From Candidatus Binatia bacterium (GTDB lineage Bacteria; Desulfobacterota; Binatia; UBA9968; JAJDTQ01), in assembly GCA_963666515.2 (NCBI GenBank), contig OY762897.2, positions 960,001-1,024,000 of the forward strand: a stretch of DNA of 64,000 nucleotides, read 5' to 3'. The translations under genes were made by a program, and so were the position numbers. Below are positions 57,424 to 64,000 of this stretch, in pieces. Below the pieces are notes generated by a model, which ran no database searches, had not been told where the DNA came from, and worked only from the letters and a program-made list of their open reading frames with translations. Numbering within the stretch: the stretch's first letter is position 1; each line of letters opens with the position of its first letter.

Positions 57424-57792
57424 ATGGCACGCATCCGTCATATCGCCATTCTCACGGACGACAAGGAAAAGCTGGTGGAGTATTACACCGGCGTGTTCGG
57501 GCTCAAGGTGGTCAAGGGCGTGGGCACGGCCACCTACCTTTCGGACGGGCACGTGAACTTGGCCATCATCCCCAAGGGGCCGGAGGAGCAGGTGGAGGGG
57601 CGCGCGCTGGACAGCGGCCTCAATCACATCGGCTTCGAGGTGGACGACGTCCAGGCCTTGAAGTCGGTGTCGGACCGGATGGGAGCGGCCGACGACGTGA
57701 GGAAGAGGCCGCCCAATCGCGAAGCGGAATACCGGGTGCAGGACCCCGACGGCAACCTTATCGACCTGTCGCAGCACGGCTGGCCGGTGTGA
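57424..57792 (+). CDS. VOC/glyoxalase family protein
   Basis: IRHIAI, YLSDGHVNLA, NHIGFEVDD, DPDGN. Confidence 0.85.
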   Translation: MARIRHIAILTDDKEKLVEYYTGVFGLKVVKGVGTATYLSDGHVNLAIIPKGPEEQVEGRALDSGLNHIGFEVDDVQALKSVSDRMGAADDVRKRPPNREAEYRVQDPDGNLIDLSQHGWPV

Positions 57793-57824
57793 AGGACGCC
57801 GCTTTCTGACTTTGGAGACCCCAC

Positions 57825-60407
57825 ATGGCTGAACAGGAACGGGTGCTGCTACCCGACGACGTTGCCCCGAAGCGTTACGACCTCACTCTGAAACCCGACC
57901 TGGAGCGCTTTTCCTTCGACGGCAGCGAGTCCGTGGATGTCGAGGTGAAGACGGCCACCCGCCGGGTCGTCGTGCACGCGACCGAACTGGATATCCACTC
58001 GGCGGTGCTGGAGCGGGACGGGGTGTCCCGCGAGCCCGAGTCCATCGAGGCCAACGAGGAGGAAGAGACCGTCGCGTTCGTTTTCAGCGAAGCGCTGGAG
58101 CCTGGGCCTGCCCGGATCGACATCGAGTTCACCGGGCAACTGAACGACAAGATGCACGGCTTCTACCGCGGCGTCTACCACCAGGACGGTGAGAAGCGGA
58201 TCATGGCGGTGACGCAGTTCGAGGCCACCGACGCCCGGCGCGCCTTCCCCTGCTGGGACGAGCCGGCGCGCAAGGCCGTGTTCGCGGTGACGCTGGTGGT
58301 GCCGGAGGACCGGACGGCGGTCTCCAACATGCCGCCCAGTGAAGTCGAGACCGGAGACGATGGGCTCAAGACCGTGCGCTTCGCCGACACCCCGGTCATG
58401 TCCACGTATCTCCTGGCATTCATCGTGGGCGAGTTCGACCACGTCGAGACTCAGACTGCGGAAGGCGTGACGGTCCGGGTCTACACGCCGGTGGGCCGGC
58501 GGGAGCAGGGGCGGTTCGCCCTGGACGTGGCCGCCCGCACATTGTCGTTTTTCCACGAATACTTCGACATCGCCTATCCGTTGCCCAAGATGGACCTGCT
58601 GGCGATTCCGGACTTCGCCGCCGGGGCCATGGAGAACTGGGGCGCGGTGACCTACCGCGAGACCGCCATCCTGGTGGACCCCGAAGAGTCGTCCGCGGGC
58701 ACGCGCCAGCGGGTGGCCATCATCGTCGCCCACGAGCTGGCGCACCAGTGGTTCGGCAACCTCGTCACCATGGAGTGGTGGACCCACCTGTGGCTCAACG
58801 AAGGCTTCGCCTCGTGGATCGAGTTCATGGCGGTGGACCACCTGTTCCCGGAATGGGACATGTGGACGCAGTTCGTCTACAGCGATTTCGGCCGCGCCCT
58901 CTCCCTGGACGGGCTCAAGAGCTCCCACCCCATCGAGATAGAGGTGCGGGACCCCAAGCAGATCAGCGAGATATTCGACGGCATCAGCTACAGCAAGGGC
59001 GCTTCGGTGATACGGATGCTGGCCGCCTACCTGGGCGCGGACACCTTCCGCAGCGGATTGCAGCGCTACCTCGAACGGCACCAGTACGCCAACGCCACCA
59101 CCGAGGACCTGTGGCAGGCCCTGGCGGAGGAGTCCGGCAAGCCGGTGAAGCAGATCATGGACACCTGGACCAAGCAGACCGGCTATCCGCTGCTGTCCGT
59201 GGACGCGAGCCGGGGAGAGGTGGAGCTTCACCAGACGCGGTTCTTCCTGAGCGGCGTCCCGGATCGGGACGACAGCAGCCGGTGGTCGGTTCCGCTGGGC
59301 ATCCGCACGGAGGGGGCGGAGGATACGTTCCGCGTCGTGGAGGACGAGAAGACGAGGATCGGCCTCGGCGGCAACCGCGGCGGATGGGTCAAGGTCAACC
59401 CGGACCAGACCGGGTTCTACCGGATCAACTACAGCGCCGAGCTGTGGGACCGGCTCGGGGCTGCGGTGCAGGCGGGGGAGCTTTCGTCGGCCACGGACCG
59501 GCTGGGTCTCCAGAACGACGCGTTCGCTCTGGCGCGGGCCGGCTATCTCGACCCGGGACGGCCCCTGGCCCTGGCGCCGGCCTACCTGAACGAGACGGAC
59601 TACACGGTGTGGGCCGACCTGTCGGAGAATATCCGCGCCTACGACATCCTGCTGCTGGGACAGCCCTGCCACGAGCCGTTCCGCGCTTTCGCCCGCAGCC
59701 TGTACCAGACCATCTACGGCAGCCTGGGGTGGGACGCCCGGCCGGGCGAGAGCCATCTCACGAAGTTGCTCCGGCCCATGGTGATCGGTCTGCTGGCGCG
59801 CTACGGCGGCGGGCAGGTGAACGCCGAAGCCCTGCGCCGGTTCGATCAGGGCGCCCGGGACGGGACGCCGGTGGCGCCGGACCTGCGGACTGCGGTGTAC
59901 GGCCAAGTGGTGGAAAGCCGCGGGCTGGAAGGATACGAGGCGGTGCTGGGCATCTACAGGGAAGCGGAGCTTCACGAAGAGAAGAACCGCTGCCTGCGGT
60001 CGTTGGGCAGCAGCGCCGACCCGGACCTGCTTCGGCGGACGTTGGAGTTCTCGCTGTCCGACGAGGTGCGCGGACAGGATACCCCGCTGGCGATTGCCGG
60101 CGTCGCCATGAACCCGTTGGGACGGGACCTGGCGTGGGATTTCCTGCGGGAGAAATGGGCCGAGTTCGACCGCCGGTACGGGCAGGGCGGCTTCATCATC
60201 GCGCGGATCATCTCCATCACCACCGAGGACTTCACCACCCTGGAGAAGGCCGGAGAGGTGGAAGCCTTCTTCGAGGCGCACCCCGCGCCCGCGGCGGCGC
60301 GCACGGTGCGCCAGTCGCTGGAGCGGATCCGCTCCAACGCGCTCTGGCTGGAGCGCGACGGCGACGCCATCGCAAGCTGGCTCGACGCATATGAGCCGGC
60401 GTCGTAG
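57825..60407 (+). CDS. M1 family aminopeptidase (PepN/puromycin-sensitive-like, ERAP1-C tail)
   Basis: TQFEATDARRAFPCWDEP, GAMEN, HELAH-x18-E, YSKG. Confidence 0.95.
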   Translation: MAEQERVLLPDDVAPKRYDLTLKPDLERFSFDGSESVDVEVKTATRRVVVHATELDIHSAVLERDGVSREPESIEANEEEETVAFVFSEALEPGPARIDIEFTGQLNDKMHGFYRGVYHQDGEKRIMAVTQFEATDARRAFPCWDEPARKAVFAVTLVVPEDRTAVSNMPPSEVETGDDGLKTVRFADTPVMSTYLLAFIVGEFDHVETQTAEGVTVRVYTPVGRREQGRFALDVAARTLSFFHEYFDIAYPLPKMDLLAIPDFAAGAMENWGAVTYRETAILVDPEESSAGTRQRVAIIVAHELAHQWFGNLVTMEWWTHLWLNEGFASWIEFMAVDHLFPEWDMWTQFVYSDFGRALSLDGLKSSHPIEIEVRDPKQISEIFDGISYSKGASVIRMLAAYLGADTFRSGLQRYLERHQYANATTEDLWQALAEESGKPVKQIMDTWTKQTGYPLLSVDASRGEVELHQTRFFLSGVPDRDDSSRWSVPLGIRTEGAEDTFRVVEDEKTRIGLGGNRGGWVKVNPDQTGFYRINYSAELWDRLGAAVQAGELSSATDRLGLQNDAFALARAGYLDPGRPLALAPAYLNETDYTVWADLSENIRAYDILLLGQPCHEPFRAFARSLYQTIYGSLGWDARPGESHLTKLLRPMVIGLLARYGGGQVNAEALRRFDQGARDGTPVAPDLRTAVYGQVVESRGLEGYEAVLGIYREAELHEEKNRCLRSLGSSADPDLLRRTLEFSLSDEVRGQDTPLAIAGVAMNPLGRDLAWDFLREKWAEFDRRYGQGGFIIARIISITTEDFTTLEKAGEVEAFFEAHPAPAAARTVRQSLERIRSNALWLERDGDAIASWLDAYEPAS

Positions 60408-60482
60408 GCGCGGGTCTCAGACCCGCCTGTGTCCGCACCATTGCCCGGCACGGAGGACACAATCAGACAAGGGAGACACCTT

Positions 60483-61325
60483 ATGGCGGGAAATGCCGAG
60501 TTGCTTTCGTTCGTAACCTCGGACCAGGAGACGCTGCACGGTGCGCTGTTTCGCATGGAGGACTCGCCTCGCCCCGACTTGGCGCTGGTGCTGATCCACG
60601 GCGTCGCCATGAGCTTCTACACCGGCCCGCTGCCGGTGTTCGCCGAGGCTCTGGCCGGACGCGGCCACCATGCCTTCTCCATCAACACGCGCGGACATGA
60701 CTGGATCTCCCGCGGCGGCGACCTCACCGCTTTCCGGGGCGCCACCTACGAGAACTTCGAGGAATGCCTGCTGGACGTGGACGCGGCCATCGACCGTTTG
60801 AAGCAGGAAGGCTATGCGCGCTTCGTGCTGGTGGGCCACAGCCTGGGCTCGGTCAAGTCTCTCTACTACCAGGGGACACGGCAGCGCGACGATGTGGTCG
60901 GTGTGATCTCATGCTCTGCCCCCAAGCAGTTCTACGCCGCCCGCTGCGCGGAGGACCCGGAGTTCGAGGCGCGCATGGCCGGCGCCGAGAGCCGGGTGGC
61001 CGCAGGGGAAGGGGAGGAGTACCTGTGGGCGCCGGCCAGCGGCGCCACCGGCCTGTTCACCTACAGGACCTACGTCAGCAAGTACGGCCGCCACGAGACC
61101 AACGACGTGCGCCCCCACGCCGCTCGGCTGGGCTGTCCCCTACTGGTGACTGCGGGAGAGATCGAGGCCGCCTATTTCCGCGAGTACGCCCATGAACTGG
61201 ACAAGGCAGCGGGTCCCGACAACTGCACCTGCATCATCGTCCCCGGCGCCAACCACTTCTACGCCGGCTGCGAGGCCTTCATGATCGACGCCCTCGACGG
61301 CTGGTTGAAGGAGCATGTTGCCTAG
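60483..61325 (+). CDS. Alpha/beta-fold hydrolase
   Basis: IHG, RGHD, GHSLG nucleophile elbow, GANHFY. Confidence 0.85.
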   Translation: MAGNAELLSFVTSDQETLHGALFRMEDSPRPDLALVLIHGVAMSFYTGPLPVFAEALAGRGHHAFSINTRGHDWISRGGDLTAFRGATYENFEECLLDVDAAIDRLKQEGYARFVLVGHSLGSVKSLYYQGTRQRDDVVGVISCSAPKQFYAARCAEDPEFEARMAGAESRVAAGEGEEYLWAPASGATGLFTYRTYVSKYGRHETNDVRPHAARLGCPLLVTAGEIEAAYFREYAHELDKAAGPDNCTCIIVPGANHFYAGCEAFMIDALDGWLKEHVA

Positions 61326-61369
61326 CGCACTCGCCTCCTTGTTGGCGCAATGTCGTGCTTGTGCGAAAC

Positions 61370-61732
61370 TCAGGGGCTTCGATTCAATGAGCGCATCCGA
61401 ACCCGATCCTCGGTGACCACGGAGAAGAAGCCCTTCCATTCGACGTGAGACGAGAGGCTCGTCGTCATGAACTCCGCAAGGGACGTTTTGGGTACGTTCG
61501 ACAGCCGGAAAAGGACGATGCCACACGTTACCGGCAAGCCCACAACGTAGGCCAAGTCTCCGAAATCCTTGTCAAACGTTACGAGAACCCGGTCTTGTTC
61601 GGTAGCCTTCTTCAGGACATCGGAATCATCCGAGCCCGGAGCCTCCTCCGACACCCACGCGACATCGTGCCCAGCGCGCCGCAAGCGGTCTACCGCGGCG
61701 CGTGGAATGTTCTCGTCGGCGAGGATTCTCAT
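61370..61732 (-). CDS. DUF5615 PIN-domain protein (VapC45-like toxin)
   Basis: MRILADENIP, GHDV, VLVTFDKDF. Confidence 0.88.
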   Translation of the reverse strand: MRILADENIPRAAVDRLRRAGHDVAWVSEEAPGSDDSDVLKKATEQDRVLVTFDKDFGDLAYVVGLPVTCGIVLFRLSNVPKTSLAEFMTTSLSSHVEWKGFFSVVTEDRVRMRSLNRSP

Positions 61733-61980
61733 GCGCCCGTTGGGCGTTGTGCAGAGTCAATGGGGAAGACCTTCTCCGACCGGAGCAACTCGCCCGCGTA
61801 GTGCAGACAGGCCCTGACGTCCTGGATTCCCAGGGAGGGATAATTCTCCAGGATGTCGGTTTCGTTCCACCCTTGGGCCAGCAGTCCGATGATAAACTCC
61901 ACGGTCAGCCGGGTGCCTCGGACCACCGGTTTTCCGACCATGACGTTCGGGTCCACCACGATGCGGTCTTGCCAACTCAT
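61729..61980 (-). CDS. DUF433 protein (VapB45-like antitoxin)
   Basis: RIVVDPNVMVGKPVVRGTRLTVE, YPSL...DV.ACL.YA; ATGA overlap with the PIN gene. Confidence 0.9.
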   Translation of the reverse strand: MSWQDRIVVDPNVMVGKPVVRGTRLTVEFIIGLLAQGWNETDILENYPSLGIQDVRACLHYAGELLRSEKVFPIDSAQRPTGA

Positions 61981-62028
61981 CGCGCACCTCCGCTGTAAAG
62001 CCGGATGTTCGTCTCGGTTTCTCCAAGG

Positions 62029-62736
62029 CTACAGCCGCGCCAGCAGCCGTCCGTATCCCTCCACCGCCTCGTTCAGCTTCATCGCCTTCAGCGCGGTCCA
62101 TATCCAGGCCTGGGTGTTGGTGACCACGGGTTTGCCGAACTCCTGCTCCAACTGCTCGATGATGGGAGTGATGCGCCACTTGTTGCAGGGCATGTAGAGG
62201 CCGTCGATATCCGGGTGTTCCTTCAGTAGCGGGCGCGCCACCTCCAGCCCCGATTCGGCGGGCAACGCCCATATCTCCCTGGAGTTGGCGCAAGCGAGGC
62301 CCCGGAATTCCTCGACGTGGATGTCGTCGTGCTCCAGGAAACGGACCAGCCGGGCGTCCTGGTCTTCCGGAAAGGGCGTCGCCATCACCACGCGCTTCAT
62401 CCCCAGCTCCCGGCAGGCGTCCACCACCGACGTCAACACCGTGGAAGCCGGCACCGGGGTGACCTCGGCCACGGCCTCCAGTAGATGCCGGTCCGAGCCG
62501 GGTCCCTTGTAGGACAGGAACAGCTCGCCGGTGACCATCAGGAAGTCGAGAGCATACCCGGTCAGTTCCCGGACCAGTCCGAAGAACTCGCTCTCGGCTC
62601 GGGCGAACTCGTGGTCGGTGAACTCGCGCACCTGGAGTCCGCGGCCCTCCACCGTGATGTCCGGCGGCAGGATCCGGTACACGTCGGTGAGGAACTCGTC
62701 ACTGATGTTGGGAGATATCAGGCCAATGCGTTTCAT
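62029..62736 (-). CDS. Asp/Glu racemase superfamily protein (maleate isomerase/arylmalonate decarboxylase-like)
   Basis: RIGLISP, ATPF, DGLYMPC, LEQEFGKPVVTNTQA. Confidence 0.8.
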   Translation of the reverse strand: MKRIGLISPNISDEFLTDVYRILPPDITVEGRGLQVREFTDHEFARAESEFFGLVRELTGYALDFLMVTGELFLSYKGPGSDRHLLEAVAEVTPVPASTVLTSVVDACRELGMKRVVMATPFPEDQDARLVRFLEHDDIHVEEFRGLACANSREIWALPAESGLEVARPLLKEHPDIDGLYMPCNKWRITPIIEQLEQEFGKPVVTNTQAWIWTALKAMKLNEAVEGYGRLLARL

Positions 62737-62781
62737 GTTCCACCCTCGCGTGCGTCGTTCTTGCAAGAACCGAACGCCGGT

Positions 62782-63099
62782 TCACACGTTTCCCAGAGAC
62801 AGCAGCGACAGCGACGTCACCTCGAAGTCCTTGACCCAGTACTCGCCGGTGTACATGCCCTCCGCGCCCTTGGCGATGTTGGCCCGGGCCGGACTGGTGA
62901 CGTAGTTCTGCATGTCTTCCTTGGTCTCCCAGAAGGTGAGGGAGATACCTTCGTCCGGATTCTCGGAGCTCCGGAGCAGTTGTCGGCCGCGAAAACCCGG
63001 CATGTTCGCGGTGGCGGGCACCACCACCTCGTTGTAGTACCGTTCGTATTCCGTCCACTTCCCGAGTCGAAGCTTGCCCCAGAAAATTCTGCAGACCAT
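62782..63099 (-). CDS. ABM (antibiotic biosynthesis monooxygenase)-like protein
   Basis: PGFRG..LL, GISLTFWET; AGGAGG RBS. Confidence 0.75.
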   Translation of the reverse strand: MVCRIFWGKLRLGKWTEYERYYNEVVVPATANMPGFRGRQLLRSSENPDEGISLTFWETKEDMQNYVTSPARANIAKGAEGMYTGEYWVKDFEVTSLSLLSLGNV

Positions 63100-63173
63100 G
63101 GTTTCCTCCTGACAGAGCGATTTAAGAGCCGCGGGGTCGAAGCCGTGTCCTCGCGGACGCGTTCACTACCTGT

Positions 63174-63203
63174 ATTGTAGACGCGAAACCGCGCGGCTCG
63201 CAA
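63174..63203 (-). promoter_or_regulatory. Sigma70-like promoter candidate
   Basis: TTGCGA-N18-TACAAT upstream of the ABM gene. Confidence 0.5.
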
Positions 63204-63212
63204 TCGGCGGTA

Positions 63213-63737
63213 TCACAAAGGCGGGATGATGCCGCCCCCGAGAATGCCGGGCGCCACCTCGGGGACGCTCCCGGTCCACAGGTCCACGCCCAGGAACGCC
63301 ATGCCGGCATACAGGCAGGTTGAAGCCACGAGGCTGGCGAAAAACGCGCCGGCAAGGCGCATCCGCGCTTCGGTGACGAGGTAGGCGACGATGAAGAGCG
63401 GCGGGATCACGAACATCCCCAACAGAAAGACGGCCGCGAAGAATCCGATGGCCCAGCTCATCATGCGCACGACGGGCCCCCACGAAGTCGAGGACTGATC
63501 CACCGCCGCGTCGGGGGTCTCCTGCCGGCCGCCCCACAGGTCGTCCAGCGCGGAGTCGAGCCATTGCATGACGGGGGGATGGAACTCGCCCGCCAACAGC
63601 ACGATCGTCAATGCCAGGGTAGGGAGGCCCACCACCAGCGGCAGCATCTGGACTTCCGGCGGATAGCCGAGTCCGGCCCACAGCAGGAGTGCGATGAATC
63701 CGCTGACCGACGCGGTGAAGAGCAGGGAGCCTCTCAT
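63213..63737 (-). CDS. TctB-like small membrane subunit
   Basis: Four to five TM segments; ATGA-coupled to the upstream tctA. Confidence 0.7.
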   Translation of the reverse strand: MRGSLLFTASVSGFIALLLWAGLGYPPEVQMLPLVVGLPTLALTIVLLAGEFHPPVMQWLDSALDDLWGGRQETPDAAVDQSSTSWGPVVRMMSWAIGFFAAVFLLGMFVIPPLFIVAYLVTEARMRLAGAFFASLVASTCLYAGMAFLGVDLWTGSVPEVAPGILGGGIIPPL

Positions 63738-64000
63738 GACCCCCCGGTTCCCTTCTCCGTTACCCAACGGCGTAACGACTTCACAAAAGGCAGCGTCACG
63801 GTGGCGAGCGTCAGGATCATGAGCACGATGACGATGGGCTGGGTGTAGAAGATGTCGTAGCGGCCGTCGGAGATCATGAGCGATTGCAGGAATGCCTGTT
63901 CGGCCAGCGGCCCCAGTATGAAACCGATCACCACGGTGATGAGCGGGAAACCGTAGCGGCGCATGCAGTAGCCGAACATGCCGGCCGCCACCGCCAGCCC
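63734..64000 (-). CDS. tctA: TctA permease, C-terminal part (begins beyond the window)
   Basis: GYCMRRYGFP..VIGFILGPLAE..LQSLMISDG. Confidence 0.8.
   Translation of the reverse strand, partial: GLAVAAGMFGYCMRRYGFPLITVVIGFILGPLAEQAFLQSLMISDGRYDIFYTQPIVIVLMILTLATVTLPFVKSLRRWVTEKGTGGS

Noticed and set aside
45296-64000. Intact integrative element or prophage at tRNA-Arg
   Set aside because: No integrase, phage genes or duplicated tRNA 3' end seen; composition beyond about 45.8 kb is host-like

Overview
High-GC bacterial chromosome segment. The gene content (TctABC and orphan ABC components, many amidohydrolases, VOC proteins, a Rieske oxygenase, and a queA-tgt-yajC-secDF-recJ block) resembles a deltaproteobacterial/Binatia-like heterotroph; this taxonomy is inference only. 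Layout: (i) 1-17 kb, accessory catabolic and transport genes, including an orphan glycine/betaine-reductase-like pair whose GrdB-like subunit is a selenoprotein (in-frame UGA at 10180-10182 followed by a SECIS-like hairpin; the ORF track splits it into two ORFs); (ii) 17-45 kb, housekeeping core (tRNA-Leu, two moeA, deoxyhypusine synthase-like, mlaA, coaBC, UDG, nfeD/SPFH, queA, tgt, yajC, secDF, recJ, rplU, rpmA, obgE, proB, proA, nadD, rsfS, tRNA-Gln/Glu, ppk2, gltX, tRNA-Ser/Arg), interrupted by a His/Met tandem-repeat membrane protein and by an AT-richer methyltransferase + putative endonuclease cassette between proB and proA; (iii) 45-64 kb, an amide/ureide-scavenging-like cluster with atypical metallohydrolases around a peptide-type ABC importer, an M1 aminopeptidase, a DUF433/DUF5615 toxin-antitoxin-like pair and a second Tct system. 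I saw no CRISPR array, rRNA, integrase or transposase. All family assignments come from motifs recognised by eye, not from database searches.
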